Source: Bilabrum cf. latius (lineage: Eukaryota). From it: a DNA stretch of 64,000 nt. The notes under the pieces were generated by a model. The model was given only the letters and a program-made list of their open reading frames with translations, did not search any database and was not told the origin of the DNA. The stretch lies in contig OZ237750.1 of the NCBI GenBank assembly GCA_965178125.1, forward strand, positions 558,001 through 622,000. Reading direction: 5' to 3'. This document shows positions 37,929 to 49,900 of the stretch, piece by piece. The position numbers and the translations under genes are program-made. Every line of letters begins with the position of its first letter. Positions within the stretch are counted from its first letter, which is position 1.

Positions 37929-40900
37929 ATGCAATACTCACCGTTCACTTCAACGCTACTTGTTTCGTGGCTCTTAGTGTCTACATCCACTCACGGCGAA
38001 TTGCTCCAGGCAACGGTGAGCACTGGCAGTGTGGGTGATACGTTATGTTGCTGTATTCTGCCGGAGACGGTTCTTTCACTGGAACCTTCATACGAAGATA
38101 CGCATAATAATTTACCACAAAGTCGCTCTTTGCAAGCTAAATCGCAGCTGGTCGCCGGGTGGTAGGACGCATGCGGCGTGGAGCATTCGGGGCACATCCG
38201 ATGCTGGGGATCGAATGCTGGCAATAAGGCACCACCTGAGGTGCCTGGAGACTTTGTATAGGTGAGATATTTGCATGAATACCCAAATCAACTCAAGCAA
38301 CTGGTACGATTGTCTCCCGAGTCGTGCTATAGCAGCGTGCCGTGGCATGCACAGGACCAGATAACACGATTCGAGCCGGATGCAAGCTGTTTGCTTGCAA
38401 CGAAGGTAGTCACTAGCACCAAGCACATGCATCAATACAGACTGTGTAATCTTGCATGGGAGTCGTGAATGGTCAAGATTAATGCCATGCTCGCCAGCGG
38501 TGTGTCATTGGTTTGTGTGTGCTGCCTCACTGCGGTCTTCCCCGACAATGAAACCGATTTCACGCAGATGGTTGCCGGATGGTACCACTCATGCGGCGTG
38601 GAGCGGTCGGGGCGCATTCGATGCTGGGGAAGTAATGATTACGGCCGGGGCCCATCTGCAGTGTCTGGGGACTTCATTCAGGTGAGACATTCGCACGATC
38701 ACTCAGTCCACGTGTAGCGGATACTGCCATCTCCTGAGCCGTCCATCCCTTAGAAGTACGCGGTGGACAGTACCAGATCGCATGATCCGAGCTGGATGCA
38801 AGCGGCGTGCCACAGGAATGCCACCGTAACCCACCCCGGCCGCCCCCCCGACGGCTGACGGCAGAGCAGAGGTAAAGCTCAACTCCTTGTCACCAATCGC
38901 GGGGGCGGGCGCGAGCACCGCAGCGCATATGTGGGGCACTATGTGCCTGGCTGATTCCGAGTAGTTGGGGTCCTGATTTGTGCTCCCGAAGCACTTCCCT
39001 TGGGACCCGTGCTCGAGTGGAGGCTGAGAGGGAACACGTAGGGCCACAGACATAAATATCAGAGCACTAGAGTTCTGAAAAATGGTGGTGATTTCGCGTA
39101 TACACACGAGGCGGCCGATTGTCGGCCTGCGAAGTCACAAATCGGGCTCTTACTTGCTGTTGGTCGACATGGACAACACTATTGCAAGCGCGTGTCCGAG
39201 GATAATGCATGTCCTACGTCACTACAACCTTTCCAGTCAATGGATCTATTAATATCATGCAGGCGGCCGTCGCGGATAAAGCATCGTGCGGGTTGGAGCG
39301 GTCGGGGCGCATCCGATGCTGGGGATTGAATGATAATGGCCGGGCCCCAGCTGTAGTGTCTGGGGACTTCATACAGGTAAGACATTCGCATGGTCACTTA
39401 ATCCATATTGAACCTAGACCACAGATCAGATACGTACCTCCAACCGCGCCCATTGGCTCATCGTTTCGGCCAAAATCAATGAGCCGGCTTGACAAGTTCG
39501 TTCCAGTCTACCTGAATCCGGCTGCGGATGCGCCCCATCCATCCACCCGCCTGTTGCCCTTCTGCGCGCTGCTGGCCAAATAGCCTGCTGCCACTCGAGG
39601 CTCCCTTGTGTCTGGCACTTGGAGCTCCCTTCCTTCCGTTGTGTTCTCCCTAAAGACACCTAACTATCGTCGCTTATGCCGGTGTCCCCCTCTTGTTCCT
39701 CTCCATCTCCTGCCCTTCTGCGCCCGCCTCGTCTTCCGGCTCATCGCTGTTCCCATTCGCTTCAATCATAATGTCCAAGTACATATACCAGCTTTAAATT
39801 CGTGGGTGACCGAGATGGATGGCACCATCGCAAGCGGTTTGCTGCGCCACTATGGTCACTCCCATCAATGTATCCGATGATGTTACGCAGGTGGTCGGTG
39901 GGTGGGAGCACTTCTGCGGGTTGGAGCGGTCGGGGCGTATCCGATGTTGGGGATTGAATTGGTACGATCGGGCCCCATCTGTAGTGTCTGGGGACTTCAT
40001 GCAGGTGAGAAATACGCACGAGCGCCAAAAACACGTGCAGCAAGCACAACCACCTCCTGAGCCGTCCATCGCTCCGAGATGCGGGCAGGGTCCTGTGAGC
40101 GACCGGCGAGGTCTCATTCCGCTTCGAGTCACTTGGAGAAGGCCTCTGCGCTAGCCAGGATTAGCAAAGCAAAAAATGAATGCAGCCTTTGCCAGGGGAT
40201 TTCTTCTGTCCCGCCCGGACTGGCGCACATCGCGTTAGCTGAGCGCGATGCATGCCATACGCCACGAGATGGCACCATCGCAAGCGGCGTGTGTGTAGAG
40301 TGTGCACATGCTGCACCACTATGGTCACTCCCGTCAATGTATCCGATGATGTTACGCAGGTGGACGCTGGGCGGGAGCACTCGTGCGGCGTGGAGCGGTC
40401 GGGGCGTATCCGATGTTGGGGATCGAATCGGCACGGCGAGGCCCCACTTGTGGTGTCTGGAGGCTTCATGCAGGTGAGACATACGCATGAGCGCCAACAA
40501 CACGTGCAGCAAGCACAACCACCTCCTGAGCCGTCCATCACTGCGGCATACTTCGGACACTATGAATGTACGCACCAATGTTCCCGTGCACTTCATGGCC
40601 TCGTCAATGCATGTTGTCATATTCCTGCCCTGAGGTCCTTGCGGGCTGCTCCTCTAATCTCCACCTTGACCTCATCCTCTCTGCTTTTTATGTACAGTTC
40701 TTGGCTGACCCGCCACGCGCCTCATCCATATCCTTGCGCATGTTGGCCTCTTCCACTTTTTGTTGGCAATGCAGCCCGCTGCCAGCCGCGTCTCCTTTGT
40801 GCCTGGCACTCGGAGGCTCGTGTCATCCCATTGTGTTGTTCCATTGACGCCGCACTATGGCCGCCTTTGCCAGTCTCCACCTCTTGTTCTTCTTGGCGTC

Positions 40901-43900
40901 CTATCCGTCAGCGCCCACCTTCACGTTCCGGCTCACCGTCGCTTCAACAATCGTGTCCAAGTACACCATGATGGCAGTACTGTGCTACTGCGTTCTTTCT
41001 CATCAATGCATCCGATGATTTCACGCAGGTGGCCGCTGGACACGGGCATTCGTGCGGATTAGAGCGGTCGGGGCGCATTCGATGCTGGGGAAGGAATTAG
41101 TACGGCGAGGCTCCACCTGTGGTGCCTGGGGACTTCATACAGGTGAGGCTAATGCACAGGCGTCTCTGAATCATGTCAAGTGATGTGCGTCTCCGAAGGG
41201 ATCTGGATGAACACATGCATTATTCATGGTACTTTGCATATCTCGATTGCAGGTCACATCAAGGTCACGTTTTACTTGTGCATAGTATAAGCACACGTTT
41301 GCCATTACTTGCTTTGGGTCTCCTGCGATGTCTCGGAGCGGGTTGGGCTCGGTACCTTTCCCCTACTCTATTGTATCCAATAGCTATACGAAAGGATTTA
41401 CAAATCTACCAGTGGCAAGAGAGCTCGGGATTTCTACTGCCTCAGACTCAAGCCTGGCTATTGCTGTGGTCCACTCGCACACTGCCAGTGACGACAAGTT
41501 GATAAGCACTCGTGGCGCTTCCCTCCACGTGCTTGTTAGTAAAACGGCCTCTGGAATCTCAAACTTACATGCATTGGTCGATGAACCAGCGAGGGACCCT
41601 ATATTTGCTCAGGTCAAGGATGGAACGGCCTGTATCGTAGCGCCCCGCACAGGCTTCCTCGCGGATTGCTATGTTGGGGAAAATGCCATTCCCACAAATA
41701 ACTTGGCCATTCATCCAGCAATGCTGGCCCCGTCAGCTGCCATGCCTGGAGGCATCGGACCCATGCGCCCTCTTGCCCTCACATCGGGAGGCACTGTGTG
41801 CGCGGTGGACGTGGGATCCCGTGTGGTCTCGGTTGCTGTGAACGCTTCCCACCCAGTATCCATGCCGCAGCTTGACCCGAGTACAGGAACTCACAATTTG
41901 ACCTGCCTAGGGACATCAATCGAGGCACAAGGTTTTGTCAATCATGTGCCGGAGGAGCCTGGACATGCTGGTGTGCCCATGCAAGCTCGTGGCGTGGAGT
42001 GCGGGTCTTCCATCTGCTGCGCTGCATCTGCCACGAACAGGTCGCGTGTGACATGCTGGAGCAGCGTAGACTCTAGCCATACCAGTGCCACAGCTATTGG
42101 GTAGTCTATTAGCGTACCAATGGGAGCAGCCAGGGTATCTGGTTTGTGTGCAGCCAGCAGCTATGCATGTTCTATTGATAACCTGGGTGCCATTCGGTGC
42201 GCCAGCATGAATCAGGCAGATACTCAAATTGTGCCAGCAATGCTGCAGCCCGGACCAGCAGGGCCTGCGGTACCCTCCCGCTTCCTGTCCTGCAGCGACA
42301 GCCACGTGTGCGTTGTGACGCAGGCAGGCTGTCCAGTGTGCTTCGGCGAGCAGAACGAGAACACAGCCCATCTGCAGGAGCTCAACTCACTCATGGGCTG
42401 TTGGAGCGGGTCTAGTACCCCACCAGTGAGTGGGGATGCAGTTGCAGTGGCAGCATCGAAGGGGGGCACCTGTGTGATGGCATAGCCTTCCAACTAGGTG
42501 CGTGCAAGATGCTTCGGTAAGAATGTGCTTTCCCCGGAAAATGTCATCAAGGCGCCTCAACAGCAAAGTGATGGACCAGTTGTGGACATTCAACGGACTA
42601 TAGTACTCAACCATAGCCAAACAGATCCAAGCAAGTGTGACTTCAATACGATCGGCAGGATGCTTGAGCAGAGAGGGGCGGGGGCAGCCAATGTGACAAT
42701 CGCTGATATCTAGGCACTGTATCAAGACCCCATGGAGCTGATGAAGATTCTACCTCACTGCCAATCCTTGGCTCACGCTGCTGACTCATACATCAGGAAC
42801 GGTCTCAACGTCAGCTTCATACCAAGGGACATGCCGATGCGAGTGGTCGTGGTGCCTGATTCTGCCTCGTACTCTTCTACGATGGCTGATCCTCGGAACC
42901 AGCAGCTGAGCATCACTCCAGGTGTTGCAGCGACTCCATTTAACCAGACCTCACCAACCCGCCTGCCTGTGCGGAGACTGGAAGTGATAGGGATAGGCGC
43001 ATGGATCGCATTCCTGAGACACGTGAACTCAAGTGGGGTCTGCTACAACTGCCTTGGCGATTTTGCTGACACTGTGATGGAATCACGGGCAGCGCGTACA
43101 TCGGGTGGTGGCAACTCCTCAACTAAACTCGGGTGGGCTCGTGATACTGCTGCGGGCTGGACGAAGAGTGCCACTAGAGCGCTCGCGTGGAATCAGCAGT
43201 CGGATTCGAGCAGCGCAATAGAATTCTGCCGTTCTGCTGAAATGACACACAGATAGGGGAACATATCGTTTGCTTCTACTACATGGACATGGAGCGGACA
43301 AGCTGCGCTAGATTTGGAAGTGGGCCCTGGGGCTCAGGTTCACGTAATGGGCGTCAACTTCGTCCAGGTGCAACAGAACCACAGTTCTAGTCGACCTCTT
43401 CTCGTGTCCCCACTGGCTCCCATTGCATTGTACGTCAGCCAAGACGGAACATCGTAGTCATCCGTTCGTTTGCTTCAGGTTTCAGCAAGGCAAGGCTTGT
43501 CACACGCAACCGATCGATTGACAGCAGGCTTAGAATCCGTCGCTGCGATCCTGCAGATACGCTCAGGTTGTAGCCTAGAGCATGATCGCAGACAAACATG
43601 TGTGGACCCCACGGAGCTCGGACGGCTGCTGCCACCTAACAATGGCTTTAATGTGTGGATGCAGGGAATCCAGGTGCTCCCGCCCTGCCTAGTGTCAGCA
43701 CCTGCAGGCCCTCTGAGAGGCGGGCCTTGGGTGGTGCACAACGAGACTGCTACTGGTGGAGCCTAGTCCAGGTTCTTGAAACTCAATGCAAGCAGGCTAC
43801 GTACGACCTCTGGTCTCAAGGCCAGGTCCATGCTGCTCGGGGCCATAGGAAGAAGGCCTGCCCCTGCAGTGGTTGCGGTTGATGGGGCCTCGAGGGTGCG

Positions 43901-46900
43901 GCTGGACTCCTCCTTTGTGCTTGATGCATCGAGGATGGTGCAACCCATGCAGGTGATGGCACTTAGTAGCGTGACAGAGGTGACAGTGGAAGACGTCATA
44001 GTACGAGGTGCGAGGACTGGCACGCCTATGGGGTCGCTCGAAACTGACCGGTAGCTAGGATACATGGTCGGGCAAACGACAAGAGACGCGTGCCATGCAA
44101 CGCATGGAACCGCGTGTAACACGTGGCTGGAAAGCACCCGCCTGGATGTCGTGCCACCACCACACCCACTTGCCCTGGACTTGGTGGGCAACACGAGCAG
44201 CAACGCCACAGGAGTAGTCATGATGGATCCACTGCAAACCATGCAGTTGACTGGAGCCTTCATCGGGCTCCATAACCCCCCGCTCCAGGACCAAGGTGCG
44301 TTGTCTCCAATTGTGGCCATCAGTCGTCTGCTGCTTATTGATAGCACAGGAATATAGCGGCAGCAGGGCGTGGGTTGGTAGCCAGCGAACCAGTCAGCGC
44401 ACCTGGCCTCGATCGGAGCTGCAGTGGCGGTGACAGGAGCAGCACAAGTGACCATGAGCCGTGTGCTGTCGATTCGGACTCAAACACCTGCATGGTGCGG
44501 TACCTCGAGCTTGTGGAAGGAGGCTACAATCAATGCAAATGTGGATGTATCTCAGCATGTGATGGAACCATGCGGGGACGAAGAAGGTACCTTGCTTAGA
44601 GCCAATGACGTGGACTAGGTGAGTATGTCCAGTATCTCAGATGTTCGTATCTCCAACACTTGGAAAGTGAAGGAATCTGGACTGCATGCTGTCATGCAGC
44701 AGATTGGAAGCAATGGAGGTCACTCTGAATCGTCCACATTGATGGGTAGGGCACTGCTGCCCTCTAGGCTACTACTTGTCCACGACTTGCCAGCCTGGAA
44801 GCACGCAGCAGGGCGAGACGGCCTGGTTGATGGCAGCATGTTGCCAGTGGATGCCAGCTCTGACTGGTGGCCGAAGCTGGTAGCAGCTAGTAGATAGGAT
44901 ATGGAGCACGGGGGCCGCGTAATGTGGAAGCCATCAAGTAACAGCACTCATGCAAAAGCCATCCGAGTGCTCATCACAGACGCAGTGCTCTCTTCGGACA
45001 GTGGTCGCTTCTTTGCTGCGTCAAATGAGTCTCGGGTGACGGTCTCAGAGTCGCTGGAGGTGCTCAAGTCACTGGATTACTCTGGCTAGCATGGATACCC
45101 CAGCAACAACTCAGACGATAGCTGCTCGCCTGGATATGGTTGCTTGTTGCCATCAGTGGGGGCCTAGGCGCTTTTCGGGCTCAACCAATCCGCTGCGCTC
45201 AACATGGATGCTAGCGGCATGCTTGCGCTCCGACAGTGCGATCACGCGGCATTGATGCGAGTGACTAGGATCTTGGACGCGACCAATGCAATAGTAGGCG
45301 GTTGGACCACTTAGAGTCCATCTTCATTGCAACAGCAACTGAAGGATTAGCATGCATTGCATTTCAATTGCATCAGTCTGGCTTTTCCCCAGGTGTAGTG
45401 GGATCATGTCGTCGGATTGAACGCATCCTTATACAGGTTCCAGGCAGAGTCCCAGGCCCAATCTAGCCATATGTATGCCTCAGGTGGCTTGGTGTCTGCT
45501 CGACTGGCCTCGCGTGGGCTGGAGCTAGGCATGTCCCAGCTCGTTGCAACGGACATTCCAGTCAGCGCTTGGGATGGGGGTGCTGTGGCAGTCACTTCAT
45601 ACGTAGGTAACGACGACAGCGCAGCTAGCCCAACTGCACTATCAGTGCGAATCACGCAGAGCAACCTGACTGGAGCAGTGAGTGCGTTTGGTTCTGGAGG
45701 TCTCGTCTCTGTGCAGTCGCAGGCTGCATCAACAGCGAGCGCTGCGGTGTCAGTGGAGTTCTCCAATATTTCATCTTGTGCTGCCATCGGTGGTTCTGGT
45801 GGGTGTGTTGCACTGTTGCAGTCGCGGCACTCCGTATGGCCTCTAGAGTATAAGCAAACGGAATCACCGGATGCTTCGATCTCGGTGTATTCTTCCTACA
45901 TGAACTAGGGCTATGCTGGGACTATTGGTGGAGCTCTCGCAGCTGTCGGCTTGCATAATGGACGCGTATCTATGTTGCTGCATGATGCTACCATTTTGCA
46001 GACGGTTGGAGGAATAGCTGGTGGTGCTGCTGCACTTCTGCAGCTACCTCCTATCCCAAGCACCACTAGCGGTGGCGCCGACTCGGTCGACCTCTTCGGT
46101 GCTGCCAACGTGACTTCCATAATCGACTCGGTGAATTCTATGACAACTATCAGTAGCGAACATAAGCAGCAAGTTCTCTTGTTGGAGGCGGCCAGGTCGT
46201 TACTAGAAGCAGCTCAACTGCCGCTTGACAGCACCCAACGAGGCCCCTTCAGCAGGATCGGACGGGTTACTCCTGCATCCAGCCTGCCGGACCCACTGGC
46301 TCCTCGAGTCACCAGAGCTACAATTAAGCTATTGGGTAGCACTATCTAGCACTCCTTCGTCGGCAATCCACCCTGCGCTCTTATGAACTCGGACGGCCTA
46401 TTTCAACCGCGAGACTCGCAGCTGTGCCAGGCACAGGACTAGCGAGCATCTGCGCAGAATTATCCTCCATGCATTCCGTGGAATGCAACCTCTCTGGATA
46501 TCGTTTCTGGGACTGGGGTTCTCAACGGGTCTTTTGGTTAGCATCGGATGGGCAGAAGTAGCTGGGCTGACAACCAGCCAACGTGCGGGTCTGATATTAC
46601 ATCATTGGCCACAAGTCCGTGGACAGGCACGTCAAGACTCGCCAAGGTACTGGGCGGTCGCATGGGAGGCGCTTTCACGATGCAAGCTCACGGAGATACC
46701 CTTGTGAGTGTTGCGGACTTGACACGGCCGGGACAGTCACAGGGACAACCCTCGATGATCAGCGACACTGGAGTGGGACTATTCGCGAGTGAGCAGTAGC
46801 TGCGACCGCCCCTGCCAGTGAAAGGGGGTGCTATTTCCATGGACAGGGTAGCTTCCGCCGAAAGAACCAAAGATCTGGTTCAGCTTGGTCTGATAGTAGA

Positions 46901-49900
46901 CTGGAGCGCTGCTGCAGCGTCCATGCGCATTCAGTCTGACTCCGTGCAGGAGCATGCCAGGAGGCTACGACTGGCGTTGTCCAGTGCACAGCAGACTTCT
47001 CTGCCCAGGCGCCGATCTTCTCGTTGTTCTGTAGACGGAGCTACGAACGCGTCAGTGGAGTGGATTTGGCGGCACTAGTGCAACATGTCGCAGGCACCTG
47101 TCATTCAGACTGAGCTGGAGCAGCATGTTCCTGGATTCCCGGGCGACGTAGGGGTCAGCAGCAGCCCCACAGATGCACGGAGGCCGACACTCATCAGCAG
47201 CACCGCTGCATGCCAGCAATTCCTCAACGGATCGTGGTGGATAGACTACATGAATTCCGCGGAAGGCAGCGAGGCCGGATAGCTGGCTGCTGCAGGGCTG
47301 GCTATGGCGTTCAGGTTGAGTCAGCAGTGCGGTAGTACCCCGGATCTGGTCCACTTGTACTGCTCGCGAGAGACCGCAAACACTACAATGCTAGCGCAAA
47401 ATACCACGTTCGGTGAAAGGCAGAAAGTATTCGCTAGTCTTGCCTGCTTGTTGGCGAAAGCTGCAGGCCCTTGGTCGAGAGATACTCACCAGGAGTCCTG
47501 GCAGTTGGCACACTGGCAGGATACCATTCACCTTGGAGGTTCCGTCCACTTGCTGCCTGCAGAAGAGCTGCAGCCCCTCACTGCAGTGGCAAAGCTTGTC
47601 ATCGGTGGCAAGTCTACAATTCAGAGGGGAAGTGCAGCAACCATGCCTGGCAGCTTCTCGTCCGTCGTGTCTGGTGGTGGGCTTATCGCTGTGCAGGGGG
47701 TCCAAGTCCTGGTGCATCCTGGTTCGCAGCTGTTGCATGGTATGGCGGGTGGATCTGGAGGTATAATTCTAGCCAGGCAGTCATCTGTAAGGATTGCTGG
47801 GTCAGTGTTGGAGGGAGGTGTGGCCTGGGATGGCACGGGCGGGTGCCTATCCATGCAAGACGACGAGAGTAGGTAGTCTGTGCTGCGTGACGGAGCTCAA
47901 TTGCGACACTGTGTGGCCATATCGCCTGATGCAAGCCGTAGGCTGTCCACTCCGGGTGATGGGCAGTATGGCGGTGGCTGCCTGGCGACCACCCGAACCT
48001 CGATGTAGATCGGACCTCACGCGCTGCTAAGGAGTTGTCGAGCTAGTGCTTTGGGAGGCGCATGGATGCACACGGGCAAGCAGTCCACTGCAAGGATGGT
48101 GGCCCCTGTAACTATTCAGGATGGAGTAGTACTAGGGGAAGCGTACAATGCAACCAAAGCAGAGCATGGAGTCTTTGAGATTGTGCAACCCAGCACTGGC
48201 CCCCTGGTATAGTCAGAGGTAATGGCCCCACTGAACCTGCAACACATTGTGCCAGGAGGTGGCCTAATAGCCATGGCTGGCGCACTATCCTTCAATACGT
48301 CCCAGTGCCTGCCTCGAGGCTTGTGTGCACTTGCGCAGGGGGCGGTAGTGGGTCTACCGTGGGCGAGGGGCGGGTGTCTGATGGCTGATAGCATGGCGCA
48401 GTTGGAGCTGAAGCATGTGGCCTTCAAGGATTGCACCATTCGAGAAGAAGCAGATCTAGTAAGTTTGGCGCATGCATTGGGAGGACAAGGTGGGGGAATA
48501 TCTGTGTCTAGAATGCTCACATCGAGCAGCGACTATGCTCCCGCATTACTGCACGACGTTCTGATGGAATCCACGAGTGCTAGAGGAGGCGGTGCGGTGG
48601 CTGTGGATGCAAGCACTGTGAACGAAGTGAGAACAAGCCATTTGGCGGTTACTGGGGCTTAGGCCGATGCTGGTAGTGTGTTGTTTTACCCAGACCCTGC
48701 TGGGGCTCCAAAAACACCGACGGCTATAGACTCTGCTAGTGCCTGCCACAGATCGGCTACCAGGGCGGTACAGCCAGACAACGGGACCAACACAATCTCA
48801 GCATGGGAGTCCAGGACTTGTATTGGCGGCCAGATTGCGCTGAAGGCTTGTTCTGGGTGCATTCTTGGGTAGGACATGGGGGGTCAGGCGCTAGGCACAT
48901 CGCTGCTGGATGCCCCAGTGCTGAATTCATGGCTTGGGGCAGAGTGGATTGGCCTCAATGCCACCGGAGCTGGTCCGGGTCAGATTAATAGCACCGCAAT
49001 GGGTCAGCAGGGCAGCATCTGGAGACAGATGAAGCCGTTTGGGTCTGGTCTGCGGAGTGTAGATGTAGAGCACGTGCTCGAGACAGCGGATACCACGGAG
49101 GGCGTCCTTCGGACATCCACTCCATTCCTGCCAGGCATCGAGACGAGTGACCCCTTGCTTGTGGCGGGGCTTCTAGATACGTTTCAGTAGCCTGTATCTG
49201 GGGAAGACAGCCAGCGATATGGTGTTGCGTGCAATGTGCAGGCCACATACGGCCATGATGAGTCGTCCAGGTCAGTCGTGTTGCCAGTGGATTCAAGCAG
49301 TTCGTATGCCCCATCGAGCGTGACAGGACAGCTGCAAGTATTGCCCTACGGCGTGCAAGCGAGAATGGGCGACTTACTCCGGCTGTCCATGAGCTGTACG
49401 AGCAGCGTGCTTGGCATCTCTTCGGAGCCTGTGGTGGTTCTTGCTCGTGTTGCGTCAATTCGGGCTCGAGTGCAAGTCGGTCCATCACATCCTAGAAACG
49501 GCTCTGCAGATGTGATACTGCCTGTCGCTGCAAAGGGCAACCAACAGCTAGCATCCGTCGCCAGGAATGGTCTTTGCTTGTCTTAGCACTAGTTTAATAG
49601 CTCCGGGATCGACTCCAAGAGACCACAACTCCAAGTGCAACTGACCTCAGACAAAGCTGGATCTTCAATGGAATTCAGCACGCGAGTGCATCAATCCAAC
49701 GTCAGCTGCATAGCAGTGGTGACTGCTGCTGGTCCAGACGTGCAGTTGACCGGTGTAGATCTTCTAGTCAACCAGCCAGCGGCAGTGACTGTGGCTCTGA
49801 AAGGGCAGACGTGCTTCATCACAGACACAGACGGGTCCATCACGTTTCCTGCAATGGAGCCAAACCAGGCATTTAATAGCCGCTTGCCATTGCTCGGGAT

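Noticed and set aside
38148-41142. Repeat-spacer pattern considered as a CRISPR-like array or transposon
   Set aside because: The repeats are 114-nt protein-coding exons with splice sites. No cas, transposase or RT genes and no terminal inverted repeats were seen.
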